This document shows, in pieces, positions 25,508 to 41,380 of a stretch of 64,000 bases of DNA; the stretch's first letter is position 1; each line of letters starts with the position of its first letter. The stretch is from Bigelowiella natans CCMP2755. Taxonomy: Eukaryota; Protista; Cercozoa. The notes under the pieces were generated by a model, which saw nothing but the letters and a program-made list of their open reading frames with translations, was not told where the DNA came from and ran no database searches. Position numbers and translations under genes: made by a program. The DNA lies in the NCBI GenBank assembly GCA_000320545.1, contig ADNK01000544.1:1-64000 (forward strand), given 5' to 3'.

Positions 25508-26212
25508 CTGCTTACTTGTGCCTGTGAGTTTGCCCATACTGAACTTTCGTTCGTAATGAGGTACTCATCTCTCATCTAGTCATCATCGTTGTGTCCGCTG
25601 CTATGAATGACAATTCAACCATGCTAGCATGCGTATTGTTCAGTGTTTTATTATCTGCGCCGCGTGCCCGTACGTCGTGAACAAGCGCACTAGCACTATG
25701 ATGAGATGTGTGTTATATAGCTGCTGATGCAATATGCGGTGCATGCTGGTGACTTATATCCACTACTATAAGCGTACGGTAAGACGGTTGTAATCATATG
25801 ATCATATCTTTTTAATTGTACTATGTCTATTGTTTGTCATCCTGATGTAAGACAGATGTATCTGATTTGTCGATGGATTCCATGTGCGCGCGCGCACATC
25901 ATTTGACAACATATATTGTTGCTCATGCTAGCATATGCGCACTGTGAAAAGTCAAATGACATACGCTACGACGAGAGCAGTCGATAACACCTGCATCGTA
26001 GGGGTTCTATTGTTTGTATGACACACTTGTTGCTCGACGTACAATAATAAGTAGTGCAGCAAGCAGCATTGTGCAATTATCAGCATCGATGTATACGCTA
26101 ATCTACGGTACTATTTTGAATCACCCACCTTACGCACACAATCCGATGCAATTCATTTGTAACTGAGTGACTTTGTAGCAACATAACAAAGAGAGGCATT
26201 CTAAACTCATCT

Positions 26213-27968
26213 TTAATAGACGCTACCCCCTGCACCCTTGATTAAGAATGAATTTTCGTTTTCTAAGAACAAGTTGAGACCGTCTGATCGTGCCTCCAGC
26301 TCTACCAGATCATGGTGATTATTACTATTGTAGTAATAGTTTTCTTCGTGCCCTCCAGCCTGTCTTCTTGTTTGCTGCAGAATTTTATTGAGGCGGGGGG
26401 GAGGAGGGGGGGGAGGCCGGGATGCAAATCCTCCTCCTCCTCCTCCTCCTTGCACTATTGCTCCTGATAATACTGCTGGCATGGTTTCGTGACGTGCTCT
26501 GTAGCCGTAGGCGGTGCCAGAATCAGCTACATGTGATGATATCTGCTGCTGCTGCTGCTGATGATGATTGGGCAGTAGTCCTTTTTTGCTCTTTTGGTGC
26601 TGATGCTGACTCGTATATCTATAATAAACACGTACTAATTATTATGGTAATAGCAATAATAATGATAACATACAAATGATAGTGCATCATCATGTCGCTT
26701 GAGAGTTGTTGTATCCGATTGGTTGTGCAGTAGCATTCAGAGAGGAGGAGGAGGAGGAGGGTGGTGGTGAGCTATGGGGTACCACCTACCGTATATTGTT
26801 AAGCTGTAGCGCTGAATGCTGTGTCTGAAATAGGTCCAGCTTTGTGCGCTCAACTCTAAGCCTTTCGTTATAGATTCGTTCTGCTTCTGTCTTCTGTTCC
26901 CGCCTTATACGATCAGAGTTATCTTCAATGCGCTTTACCTAAGAAAGCAGTGGCAGTGGTAGTTGTAGTAGTAGTAGTGGGAGGAGGAGGAGGAGGAGGA
27001 AGAAGAGGAGGAGGAGGAGGAGGAGGAAGAGGAGGAGAGCACAGCATATGATGTGACATATTCATCTTCTATCAACACAGCTGAAAACTCTCCTTTAGCA
27101 GTTCCAATGGTGCGGTGCTACCTATTACTACTACTACTACTACTACTAGAAAAGAGACAGTATTCTTATGCTTACATCAGCGTGCAACTCCTCGGCCCGT
27201 CTTCTTTCTCTCAACGCAGAAATATGCATTTCACGTAACTTGACCGCTTGTCGCTTCACACGCACAGCTGTGTCAGCCATATCTTCCTCCTCAGAATCAA
27301 GAAATCTCATTCGTTCATGGATTTGCCGCTGCAATTGACGAATAGTGTCTTCTGTGCGCTCAAGATACTCAACCCGTGCTTGTAGGCTCATGGCCTCCGT
27401 CCGCAGTTTGTGCTTCTCTTCTTCAACCTAGATGATTATAACAAGAGGAGGTAGTAGGGGAGGCAATACGTTTACAAGTGAGTGAGTGCGTATATCTACG
27501 CAATCTTTCTCTATGAGGTTTTATGTACTTATCGAAGCTGATGGTCATCGTTACGATGATACATAACAATGATGCACCCCCCCCCCCTTCTCTCCCCCTA
27601 CACAGCACCAGTACCACCTTACGGCTAAAAGCCTCTCTTTCTTTAGCCAAGTCTGCAGTGTCGCTCTCAAGTCGGATTTTCATCCGGTCAAGAGGCTCAG
27701 ACCGTAATCTGAGCTCCTCCTCCTTACGTTTAAGTTCGCCTTCTTTCTTTGTGCGGACTTGATCGAATTCTGCTTTTTCCTTTAACAATTGTTCCCTTTG
27801 AGCCTTGAGTTGGTCTTGCCTTGTGTGGTGCTGCTCCATAAGCTCAGACTATCAAACGAATATGATCAATATACCACATCATCATCATCATCATATCATC
27901 AATGAGCATCATCATTAGAATCTCACCAACCATGCCATACAACATGGACGAGTAGTGTCCCACTACCT

Positions 27969-27999
<31 letters not shown>

Positions 28000-30355
28000 A
28001 ATAAGTAGTACAATAAGTACAACTCTTACCTGCAAAGTATGAAGCCTGGAGGTTTCGTCTTGCATCCTTACCTTATCACGTTCATTTTGCTTTTGCAGAG
28101 TCTCGAAAGTCGCTAGTAGATCTAGATTGCGGCGTCGATCCTCTGCAATACGGGTTTCTGCTTCTTTAAGCTCCTTCTCACGTTGACCCAATCGTTGTAT
28201 TTGAGCACTATCAGCAAGAGATTTGTCTTTTATAACACGCTGTTTGAGATCATTAATAGTCCTTGTGCTTACTTCTAGCTGCTTTACAAGGCCTGCAACG
28301 AATGTCGAATCTCTTTGTGAACGACGAATGCTTTCCAACTCTTCCTTGTGCTGAGCTTTGAGCGCTTCAATGGCTCTTTGCCCGCGAGCTGTTTCTTCAT
28401 TCAACGTCTGCAAAGCTAAAGTCTCGTGATGGGAAATCCTTTCTCCTACTTCTTTTCGCACTCTTCGTATAGCAGCAGCGGTGCTCTCCTCAGCCCTGGA
28501 ATCAAAATCATGAGTAGTAGAGGCAAAGGAGTGTTACTGGAAATACAGAAGGTGGTACATACATACATACATACATACATACATACAACCAACCGTATTG
28601 CCTCTTCCCTAAGTTTTTTCCTCAAGCGTGTGATTTCTTCGCTCTTGGAATTAATTTCAATCCTGAGAATCTTCTCAGCTTCAGCTTGGTCCATTTTCAT
28701 CACATTCTTCAGCCTTGTAACTTGGAGAGAGTGCTCATTGTCACGTGTTTCGAGTTGTTGCCTCAAATCACGATTCTCATCTTCTAATCGACGTATGGCT
28801 ATGAGCAATGAGGTGGAGGAGGAGGAGGAGGAGGAAGAACTACCATGCTGCTCACCGACCCTGTAAACACGTAGTAGGAAAGAGACAGACGCGATTTGTG
28901 AGAATGTAACGGCACAGTAGCACTATATTATTATTATTATCATTATCATTATTATTATTGTGTAATATGAGTCAGGAGCACCAGTTGCGGTACTAGCAAG
29001 AGAACAATTTACAAAGAGTGTTTGTATCTGTGTGCTTGTGATGATGACGATCATATTTGTCTTTGTATTCTTGTTATCATCATCGTCATCGTGTTTCAGT
29101 GGCATTGTACCGAACCTTGCTGCTGCTGTTGTTGTTGTTGAAACTGGCGAGGGGCCTGATACTGTTACTTCAGCAGCTGCGCTGTTTGTGATTATTCCTT
29201 TTTTCTTTTCTTCTTCTTCTTCTTCTTCTTTTATCTTCTTCCTCCTCCCCATCATCATTCCAGTATTTCTCTTGTTGCCTACTACTGCTACTTCTGCCTT
29301 GTGCTCATCTTGTTCTCCATCGGCTGCTGCTGCTTGCTGAATCATGATGTTGGCGCTGCTCCTTCCTCCCCCTCCTCCTCCTCCTCCTCCTCCATGATTT
29401 AAACGTCTTCGTTGTTGTTGTTGTTGCTGTGCAGGGGTGCTTCTGATTCTTGATGTCACCGCAGCGGAGTTGTTATGAACAGCCCTGCTAGCAGTATCAC
29501 CACCACCATCACCAGTAGCAGTAGTGGCAGTAGTGGTAGTAGAAGGCAACATGGCACTTGCAGCACCGATCCTGCCTCTTCTTGTCAAAGGCCTTTGTCC
29601 CTCCTCCTCCGGAAATACTTGATCATCCTCATCATCCTGATCATCCTCATCATCGTCTTCGTCGAGTCCTAATGCCTCACGACGTGCGGTAGCTGCTTGC
29701 AGGTGTTTGAGTTGAGTTTGGACCTCCTTGATCTTCAACTCTAGCATTGGATGATCTTTCTGCCGTTTATCATCGGGTCCCTCAAATTCTTGTGTGTTTT
29801 TCCAGAATTTCCATTCCTTTGACAAACTGGCCTTTGATGCCTCAACCGCGATTGGCTCTAGATCTGTTATGAATCTCTTGCAAGGAGACTCGTCAAGTTT
29901 CAGCCATTTCTTCCACTGCTCAACTCCAAAGAAACGTTGTCGTGTGTTGCTATTTCTAGAATTACGATGGTGAGAAGAAGTCAACGACTGAGCATCCACC
30001 CCAGGAATGAGGAGGACCCCTGTGCTTGATGATACTGCTGCTGCTTCTTCTGCTTTTTTTATTTCAGAATTTCCAATAGCCGGGGTATTGCTACTGGTAA
30101 TCATGTTGGTCAGATTAAAAGGCTGCTCCTGCTTTCTTCTTCTTCTTCTCTGTGATGACTCATTTCTGCCGCGTGATCCCATCATAGATGAAGGATTGTA
30201 TCCACCGAGAATGTCATCATCGTCATCGTCGTCGCCAGCATTAGCAGCCCTACTCATTGATGATGAGATGGGATGGATGATGAGACGATATATTATGTGC
30301 AAATCTGATGTTGTCATTCATAATGATAGCCATGACGACGAAGATCACACAGAAT

Positions 30356-30400
<45 letters not shown>

Positions 30401-31609
30401 GTACAACATGTAGTGCACGATAAGTAAGTGAGAGAGGACAAGAAGGGAGATATTTTGTTGGCTAATAATATTACTCCTCTTTAGACGGAGAAGCAGCTTC
30501 TTGAGTAGCGGAAGTTGGATCGACTGACCCACTACCATCGTCGAGAGGAATGTCAATATCACCAAACATATCGCCAGCTGAACCCCCCCCTGCACTATGA
30601 AAGGTGCTTGTGGATACTACGGAGAGAATCGGTCCCTCCTCCTCCTCCTCCTCCTCCTCATGCTGCTGCTGCTGCTGCTGATGATGATGATGATTTTTTG
30701 CAGACTCTGCTTGTTTGCGTTTTTGCAACAACATTTCTTTGCGCATGCGACGGTACTCAGCACGACTGGTAATATACCATGAAAAACAAGGAAGAATAGT
30801 TAGTAGTCTGTTGTTATTTTTACTAATACCTTTGTCATCTAATCCTCATATACCAACACCGCCATTATTAAATTATCATCTGTGTGTCACAGTCTTACTG
30901 TTATCATTGCCATCACTGTCATCATCATCTTCTTCTTCTTCTCCTTCTTAACTACTTCAACCTTCGTTTCGTGGAACTGGACGCAACACTGGAGGCAGCC
31001 GTATCTCCTCCCCCCCCCCCCTCCACCTCTCGAAGATGCAACGGAATTAGCTCGAGAGTGAGATTTTGGTGGTGGGGGCTGAAGAAGAGAATTATGAGTG
31101 TTCCTACTACTATCCTCCTTCGATGATAATAGTGACTGTGCAGTAGTAGTCGGAGAAACTACTGCATCATCAGCATCATCATCTTTTTCTTCGTCGTGGT
31201 GGAGGTCCTCTGAGTTCTTTGATTCCTTTTGAGACTTTGATGATCTTGTGTCTCTTCTTCTTCTTCCTTTTCCCCGGAGAGTACCAAGATCACCATCTTC
31301 CTCATTATTTCTCATTGTGCTTGATGATTTCTGCCGAGGTGCAATTGTAGGTATAAAGAAACTTCCTCCTCCTCCTTTGGTATCTTCTTCCTCTTCTAAT
31401 TCATTTGGAGGTTCTTCTTCCTCTTCTTCTCCATCATCATCATCATCAAAATCATCATTATTATCTTTCTCGTGTGCTGCCTTATCGCCTCTACCCCCTT
31501 CTCCTTCTCCTCCTCCTACTCTTCTTCTTCTTCCTCCTTCACTCCCCGGTTTTGCTGAGCTTTGGGCATTCTTCTTCTCTGCTTTCTTACCGTGCTAGGT
31601 TGTTTTTAG

Positions 31610-31645
<36 letters not shown>

Positions 31646-32247
31646 GTAAGTCGTTTATTCCTACTACAGAAGCTGCTCTAGTTACTCTCCAACCTACTAT
31701 TGATGGCCAGGCAACGATGCAGCAGCAGCAGCAGAGAATTCATCATCACCATCATCATCATCATTAACACGTGCAAGTTCTCCCATCTCCCAACAAGAGG
31801 ATGACGAGTGTGTTATCTATCACTTCACCGTCAAGAACCAGCCCCCCAAAACGATGATGATGGTGTGATAACAATGTTTTGGAAGCAGTGCTACCTCCTC
31901 CCCTGCTTCTTCTTCTTCTTCATCATCATCATGTTGCAGATCGAAGCTAAGGCTGTCATTGCTTGAGGTCCCCTTAAATAGCAAGGTATCATCATCCATA
32001 CCATTGTTCTTTCTGTCATCCACACTCCTTCCACTCCTATTTATAGACTCCACCGTCTTCGTTCTTCCTTCCTTTTCTTCCCCCACTGCTCCCTGCCCCC
32101 CCTTTCTCTGCTGTCTCCTGCGTCTCCGGGCAGCCAGATATTCGGCATCCTAACAGTAATTAGCGGCGTTAGATTATTAACAAGCAGATCATGTATTAGC
32201 TCTACTCGTTCCTCCTCCTTTTTTATTATCATTATTATTATTGTAAC

Positions 32248-32284
<37 letters not shown>

Positions 32285-32747
32285 GCTGCTGCTGCTGCCG
32301 CTACATCAGATTCGGAGGAAGAGTCATCAAGTGCAAGCTCCTTCTCAAATTCCTTATCCACTGACCAATACCATGTAACATTAACAATCGTACTAATGAT
32401 GAGAGTTGTTCGATTTTTGCCTTCCTATTTTATTAACATCTTCTATTCTCCGACACAATCAAGCCTCTGCTGTGTTATCATATTATCGATATTTGTTTAA
32501 GGTAGTGAAAGTACTTCATATCATCATCATGTCTCATATTATCATCTCAACGTAAAAAGACTTAAAACTACTATAAATACAGCACTGGTAGCTACTGCTT
32601 CAGCTACCCGCCGTTTCCTTAAGCGATCCCTTATTCGTCGTGCTAGTCTGATGAATTAAGACAAGGAGGTCAGTCAACAACTGCTCGAATTCTGTTTGTT
32701 GCTCTTTCCTTCCCCATCATTTGCGAACTCAAAGAATAGGCGCGCGC

Positions 32748-32782
<35 letters not shown>

Positions 32783-33443
32783 CGTTGATATGGTTACTTC
32801 TATTGTTGATATTGTTTATTTTTCCTACTACTACTACTACTACTATCTTGTTTGTTCCTTTCGTTCTTACTGAGGAAATGCCGAGTAAATCGTTTAAAGT
32901 GTCTAAAGTTGACGTGTCAGCTTTTCTGTAGTAGTGTACAGATTCGAAAATTATACGACGATGCAATAAATAGATATATAATCGTTTTTTTACAGCGGCG
33001 CCTATGCACATACTATAATAATTTTCAACGATGAATTCATTGTTTATATTGTAATATTCGTAAAATCACTTGGGTCTGGTCCTGAAGTAGTCAACGTTCT
33101 GATCTTTCGCACTAGCTTTCGCCGAATAACGACTCCCCCCCCCCGAATTATCTGGTAAGACGAGGTCGTCGTCCAGGAAGTCATCGGGAGGTGGAGAACG
33201 CTCTATTTCGTAAGTAAGTAAGTAAGTAAGAAAAATGTGCGAACAGGTAAAGATACAGACCAGACAGGGAAGAATAAGAAGATGGAAGAACATGAAGAAG
33301 GACCATATGCACTTATTACGCAAATTATTTGAAGCTTAGGATCACATTTTGTAAGTCTTTTATATCAACATCGGCACCATTTCCTGTGTGGGTGAGTGTG
33401 TGCTCTGACCTCGTCGGCCATTCCTCCGACCGTTAGAGCGCAT
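26213..33443 (-). CDS. FBF1-like centriolar distal-appendage coiled-coil protein; multi-exon, start approximate
   Basis: Long acidic low-complexity N-terminal half (DDILGGYNPS), coiled-coil exons at ~26800-28860, and C-terminal LFLENENSFL resembling the FBF1 terminal FLENEQFFL motif. Confidence 0.65.
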
Positions 33444-33647
33444 GGGTCATGAGCACTTTTATCGATTAAAAAACAAGGGGACATCATCCATGCGACATTA
33501 ATATTGTCGAGTGATAATAAGTTAACAGCGATCGGATGCCATTTTGTCTTTACGACATGGTTTGTACCGAGTATTTCTGATTAAATTTGATTACTTAATT
33601 TCTTCTCACATCCGTGCACGACGCAAATCTAGGAGCAAGAAGGAAAT

Positions 33648-34348
33648 ATGCAAGACCCTCCACCTTCTTCCTCCTCCTCCACCTCCTCTAATGAGAAACC
33701 CCCCACTCTGCCAACCCTTCTTCGTGAAGCATCGCAACTGGCTAAGCAAGGAATGATTTCAAACGAAGAAAAGGTACTACCTTGTCATAGGGGAGTGGAC
33801 ACTGAACAACTGAATATGTTGGCGAGCCAAACATTTATATGATGTCCACGTAAGTAGGCAATTAAGCAAATAAGCGAATAGGGAATACTTGACACATCAT
33901 TATTCGATTGAAATTCCCCTTTCTTCACTATCAGGTGGTTCTCAAGCACACATTGCTGAAGGAGGGTAGTAGTAGCTCACCGAGGAAGAGTGATTATGGT
34001 AGTAGTAGATTTTATTTAATTATTGCAAACTTGATTCGATTCCACTACCAGCACATCGTTCTTTTCATTATTGACTGGTTGTTGTTGCTAACATTCCCAG
34101 GAGGAGAAAATGGTGATGCTGAGGCTGGAGGAGACAGAAAGCAGATGATGATGATGATATCGAAACAGCAGCTGCCTTCGAAAAGCATAGAAGCTACTCA
34201 TTATCCCCGCCGTGTCTCCGACCTAACAAATTCATCATCACGAAAACTGATGCGTCATTTCTCAAAGATTATCCATAATAAGAAGCTGGCTACTGACGTT
34301 GGGAATAGCAAAGGCGATGCGATCGATGATGGCGATGTGATATAATAA

Positions 34349-34404
<56 letters not shown>

Positions 34405-34496
34405 TCAGATGTCTGACTCTCTCTCTCCCTCACTCTCTCTCGCTCTTTCTATTATAAATATTTAAGTGGTAAACACCATCTCCGAATCTTCTTGCT

Positions 34497-34536
<40 letters not shown>

Positions 34537-35786
34537 CTACGTCCCTCCCCCCTCTCCTGTAGGAGACATGGTCGTCGTTCCGATCTATCTTGCGCTTTCT
34601 TATCACATCCGCCCGAGAGGGAAAAATGAATGATGCTGACAACAGTAGTATTACAAGAAAAGAAGAAGTTGTTGCTACTACCTCCTCCTCGACAATAGCC
34701 CAAAAGGAGGAGGCCAACAAACAGGAGGAGGGGGGAGGAAAAGGAGGAGGAAAACTGCAGACCTCCGCCGATGTTGCAAAAGTAGTAGTATCATCTCTTC
34801 CCGTGGTATTGAGACAGATATCTGACATGAAGGATGCAGGCCTCATAGGTGCTACTAGCTACTTAATAACCGCTCTTATCAATTCACTAAAATTGCCACT
34901 CCCTATCCCCCATTCATTCTCATGCTCTTTGCATGAATGACAGATGGAAACAACGAGGAGGAGGAAATTAAAATCGAATTAATTGAGATGCAAAGGACGA
35001 TTGAGCTTCTACGTGCATTGAAGGAAGGCCCAATTAGAAGAAGAAACAGCAACATTGACAACAACGATGATGAAGGAACTGGTGTTGATGATGCTAATGC
35101 AAAGAAAACAGAGCCGAAGTCTCCATCATCGTTGCAGGAGGAGGAGGAGGAGAAGAAGAAGAAGAAGAAGAGCACAAAACAACAACAGACACGGGCAGTA
35201 GCAATGGAAGAAGCTCTTAAGATGTGGGGAAAACAGGTGATGATAGACAAGTGTTAGTACAAATTCGATGCTGATGATGATGCTGAGGATGATGATGACA
35301 AATAATGGGTTGAGTGAAAGTTTAACAATTGCTCCCTTCCCTCCCCGACTTAATATCTAGATTTATGAAGTTGCCGAATACATCGATTACAACGAGGGTA
35401 CTGAAGAAGAAGCAAGTGCGCACTATGGACACCCTTACCATCATCATCATTATTATCATTATCTATCATCATATCACCAGTATCTGCACATATATAATAA
35501 CCGTCATTATTTCTAGACTCTGACAACTGCACGATCCACGTGTCGGCAACGATCCCTATTTTTCTCAAAGCACGGTAGCATGCTTCTTCCTACGCAGCAC
35601 CACCACCATATGATTTACAATATTATCATCAATATTTTCTTTTTCTTCTTCTTCTTGTTCTACTACATTATCTTTAAATGTTGTGATTACAGAATGAAGA
35701 AACCTGTGGGTTTTGAGATATGTATGGCATTGCCGCTCAATAGTGCTGTTACTATTGCTAGTACTACTACCACTGCTACAGCACCC

Positions 35787-35822
<36 letters not shown>

Positions 35823-36406
35823 CAACAACAACAAGAAGCACCAGCCACCACTGCGGTTAATGGTCAGGACAACGATAAAGCTGCTTCTAACAGTGATGAC
35901 AAAGACGAGGAAGGGGGGGGGGAGAATGCAAGCTGTGTCCTCCTTCGTTCATTAGTTGACTCACTTCAAATCCAAGGTGCTAATCATAATCATCATCACC
36001 ATCACCATCATTATCATCATCCTCCTCCTCCTTCTTTACAACGTAAGACAGCATGAACTCCTCATATCTCAATTCATTTACTAATTATAAATATCTATAA
36101 TCTTGTTCTTCTGATTTACCTTCTTCTGGCTACTTGTTATTAGCATATCTCCGACCGTCAATGCAAGGAAAGGCTGGCAAGATGAAAGAGTCCCTTGAAA
36201 CTCATCTGAAATCGATTGCTATGGAAGTTGTAAAGGAGAAGCAACGACAGAAACAGACACCAGCAGCTGTGCATCAGTACGGTTTTGACTTAATATCGAA
36301 GGTGGGGAGAGACGGAGAAGAAGAAGAATAATAATAAGGAGGAGGAGAAGGAGGAGGACGGAGAATAGAGAAGCTGAACAAATAGCAGTGATATGTGCAT
36401 ATATGT

Positions 36407-36474
<68 letters not shown>

Positions 36475-36491
36475 TCCTCCTTGCTGTACAT

Positions 36492-36531
<40 letters not shown>

Positions 36532-38105
36532 GTGTTTGTCTGTCTGTGTGTGTGTGTGTGTGTGTAGATCATCGATGGGGGGCGCAAATGGGTATCAATG
36601 AATGAGGTACGACTCAAAAAACTAAGGTATGATCGATGATCGATGATGATGATGATGATAATGATGATGATAATGATGATGATGATGATAATGATGATGA
36701 TGATGATTGCAACGGTATATAACAGACGTCGCTCAAGGTCTCAGTCACGTTCAAGATCTCGCTCCTTCACCAGAGGTACCTACCTACCTACCTACTACTG
36801 ATAGCTTATGTAACTGTGAGTATAACTACTGTCAATAGCACGCAATGGAGCTAAGAAAGAGAGCGACAAAGACAACATTGAAAGAACAGAGTCTAATGAG
36901 GTAGGTATTATGGGTTGTTGAATGTGTGCTGATTACAGAAACTAAATCATGTGTGAATGAATCATCATCATACTGCAGATTGATTGCTGGAACATTCTTG
37001 GAGAACTTTATCAAACAAGTCCCAATAATAACGATGGTAAAGAGAAGAAGAAGAACAAGAACAAGAAGACTGGTGCTACTCAAACAACATGGCACCCTGA
37101 GAAATTAGACACGCAGGTAACTAGTAGTACTTTGTGTTGTTAGTAATAGTGATAACAACATGCTGATATTAATGACGATGATGATAATGATGACGATGGT
37201 GATGATGGTGGATGGATAGCACTGGGCAATGGTGGATAATGCCATCATAAATAATAACCACAAACAACGTATAAATAAATTACAGATTCAAAAACGTTCT
37301 TGGAGTATGGGTGAGGCGATGGGGGTTGGCTCAGGTGTGTGTTACCAAGATATCTCATGATGATGATGAATGAATGAATGAATCAATCAATCAATCGATC
37401 ATCTAGCTTTTTAAGAGATGGATATACGGAGCACAAATTGCTCATTATTGCTGCTGCTGGTGGTGATGTGTTGTTCTTTATTGCAAATCGTTAAGGCGAA
37501 GCTCTTCAAGTGATTATCGATACAGTTGCAGCCGTACTACAACTAATTACAAATAAAACCAAATAATTTCAACGTAAGGAACACTACTAGTAGTAACAAG
37601 CTGGTAGCTCATAAAAAGACGAAATAGGTGATTATTTTCGATATTTTAACAGTTGTTATGTATATCTGCTGTTGTTACAGATTGAAATGGAAGAACAGCG
37701 GCTCTTGGCCAATAAAATAGCGGTGAGTAAGTAAGTAAGTAATAGAGGACCATCATCATCATAATGATGTACAGAGGGCCTTGAATAAAGCATGGAAGAG
37801 AGATAGTAATTTGGATTATTCGATAACCCTGATGATGATGATGATGATAATGTGATGATGATGATAGCTGACGGTACTTCACATGCTGTTGTTACATTCT
37901 ACACACACTTTCATGCTGCTGCATTTAATTATAAATGGTTCCGTCGTCTTGCTCCCCCCCCCCCACCCAACCACATACACCTGCTCAGTTGGAAAGCAAG
38001 AAAAAACTTGACACAGAGAAGTCGGAACGAAGAACACTTCGTCAAAAGGCAATTGCTGAAAGAAAAAGAAAGCAAAACAAGAGGACAGAGCGCAAATCTT
38101 TTGTA

Positions 38106-38162
<57 letters not shown>

Positions 38163-38645
38163 TTGTATCTATCTATGATGAGAATGATTATACAGTACAA
38201 TTGGAGAAACAAAATCATCAGGATGATGGTCATAATACACAATGTAAATTCAGCTGCTGATGTGCGTTCTCGTCAAGTGTGTTTTATCATCATCGTACTA
38301 GGTAGTCTTCTTGTTACATTGATGACATTACTAACTAAACGTTGCTTGGGATGGTGTGTAGGTGCCACGACTATCGCAGCATCAGTTGGCAGCGATGAGC
38401 ATGGAAGAACAGATAGAATATGTAGCAAGGTAGTAGTGGTATAGACACTAGATTACAATCCAACCAACACCAAAGGCGAACAACTTCGCTCATTGTTCAA
38501 AACACGATGATGGTTTCTGCCCATGATGGATGGATGATGGATGGATTGATGATAATGAGTTTCCCAACCACCTTCTTGAGTCGTCGTCTTAGGCTGGAGA
38601 GGGGGGGGGGGGAAGAGGGGTGGATTGTCAAAAACAACGCACCTA

Positions 38646-38679
<34 letters not shown>

Positions 38680-38981
38680 ATGATACACTATTCGTTTGGG
38701 GGGGAACAATAATCAGGTGGAGTGGCGGTGAGATGGCAAACATAGACACGGAGAAAATCAAGAAGATGAAAGTTGTAGTTTATTTATTCTCTGCTACTGC
38801 CGACATTTATTTGTGTATTTCTTTGCCATAATCACTATTTAATAATGCATCTGTTGTTCTCATATTTTTCCTTTTCCTTCTTGTATTCTATGTGAATAGG
38901 ATCTTAAGAAGAAAAGGGATCGTGTTACAGATCAAACAAAACGGTGATCACGACTCATTCTCATCCTCCCCCTCCTCTTCC

Positions 38982-39019
<38 letters not shown>

Positions 39020-40881
39020 GTTGTTGTTGTTGTTGTTGTTGCAGCTTCCAAGAAAACGTTGGCAGCCATGCGAGAGAACTGTCAAGAGCTGTTAAGAAAG
39101 CAACTGCAGCAGCTGCTTCATTAGACGACGATGGTAATGAGCAGAAGGGCAGTAATCAGTTGGCGGACAGCAAGAATTACGAGCATTTTCGGAAGAAAAT
39201 GAGAGAGGATTTCTATGACGTGGATGATAACAGCAAGCATCGATTTAGTTGTGAGATCTGTTTTGAAGATTTTCCAAGGTCGTTACCATCACTTTGTCAT
39301 CATCATAATCATAATAATGATAATAATAATAATAATAATAACACCACCAACACCACCACCACCATTAGCAGAAGCAGGTAGCTATTGTTTGATAACAGTG
39401 GTATTTCTACGTTGCACTATCCCCACTAATCAATCAATCAATACTCAATCAAACAATAATAGGGAGAATGGACTCAAGTATGCGGGGGCATGCAGACATG
39501 AGTTTTGTGTAGACTGCTGGAAAGGGTGCTGCTGCTGCTGATGATGATGATGACGATGACGATGATGATAGTTACGACGAATTGTGAGAGTGATGATATT
39601 AAAAAATGAGATAGAGGAGGAAGAAGAGAGAGGACACAAGATTGCATTGTCGCTCTGGATAATAACACATACCACAAAATTTAATCCGACAAATATTTGT
39701 TAAAATAAACATTTGTTTTATTCAAATTTTGTCATCATCACCGTCTTCTTCTTCTTGTTGTGATTGATTATGTATTACATTGGAAATGGTTGTCATTAAT
39801 AATGAAAATGCTATTATTATTATTATTAAGGTATCTCACCTCCCAAATTGACCAAGGAAAATCAATAATCAAGTAGTTTTACGAGATGTGGTCGTTGTCG
39901 TTGTTGATGATGATGGTGAGAAGATATTTGATGTGCCACAGCATACCGGCACTATCCCATGAGGATATGCGTAGAACTAAATATATGCTGTTGATTATCA
40001 TCCATTCATCATCCATTATTATTGTCATCTTCGGATATATGAAGGTGCCCTGGGTTCAAATGCAAGGAATTTGTCGAAGATACTGTGGTAATTAATAATA
40101 ACAAGTCATCATCAACATAGTATTATTATTATTATTAAATGGTGTAATAGCAATGGACATAATATATCTGCTTCTTCTTCCTCTTCTTTTTCTCTACATA
40201 TTGTGTGTGCATCATTGTTCTCCTCCCTTCTCCCTTCAAATTCCTCTTCCCTTTACTGATTTTTTTATCTTCTTCTTCTACTTCTACTTTTGGCTCTCGA
40301 AATAATACGATGATATTTATACATTAGCAATGACAACAATAACAACAATAGGTGATGGCCTTATGTCCTAAGTTATACCCCAAATATCGATCGTGGATCA
40401 CAAGTAATTGCAATAGTAGTAGTAGCAGCAGTAGCAGCAGTGGCTTTAACCAACGATGATGCTATTGCTCTTATGATTACATAACATTAATAAAGATCAT
40501 TTCTAAATCAAGTACAAGAAGATGATGATGATGATGATGATGAAAAACGAAGATGCTGATAACACAATGATGATGGGGATGATGATGGTGGTGATGATGG
40601 TGATGCTAGAATGGTTTGTCATTACGATATATCCTATCGTTTGACGATATTAGATCACGGGGGTATTTAGTGATGATTGGGTTGAGTTGTTGGTGCTACT
40701 TGCTGACAGATATGTACGTCAAGTGCAAAGGATATCGTTGGTAGACCTTCATCATCATCATCATCATTATTATTGTTGTTGTTGTTGTTGTTATCATCAC
40801 CATCATCTTCCAATACACTACAAGAACAAGTAGAAGAAGAAGCATGAGAATATGATCATACTTAAATAAATATTATATATT

Positions 40882-40918
<37 letters not shown>

Positions 40919-41346
40919 GTGAATAAATGAATGGGAGCGCTGTATGGGAGAGACCAAAAGGAGTTGAGATCTTGATCATGCATTTCATTTCTTTCCTCTT
41001 TATCGTTCCATAGCTGATATAACATTATTATCATGATCACTACTATCTCAACCATAAGATGATGGGTATATCCTTCTTCCTCTGGTTATGCTGTTCTTTA
41101 CCGTAATACTAATTATTATCATCATCTTAGGTGTGTAGGCAACGGCTGTGAAATGGTGGCAGTTGGGGTGATGAGATCTTCTTAATAATACATCTAAAGG
41201 GAGAAATAACAACAACATCATGTATCCTCTATATATCCACAAAAATATTCATTCGTCTAATAATTCACTATTACTTTATCGTCAAACAACAACAACATCA
41301 ACATCAACCACAAGAGCAACAGCACGTATATTGTCATTATAACTAA

Positions 41347-41380
<34 letters not shown>

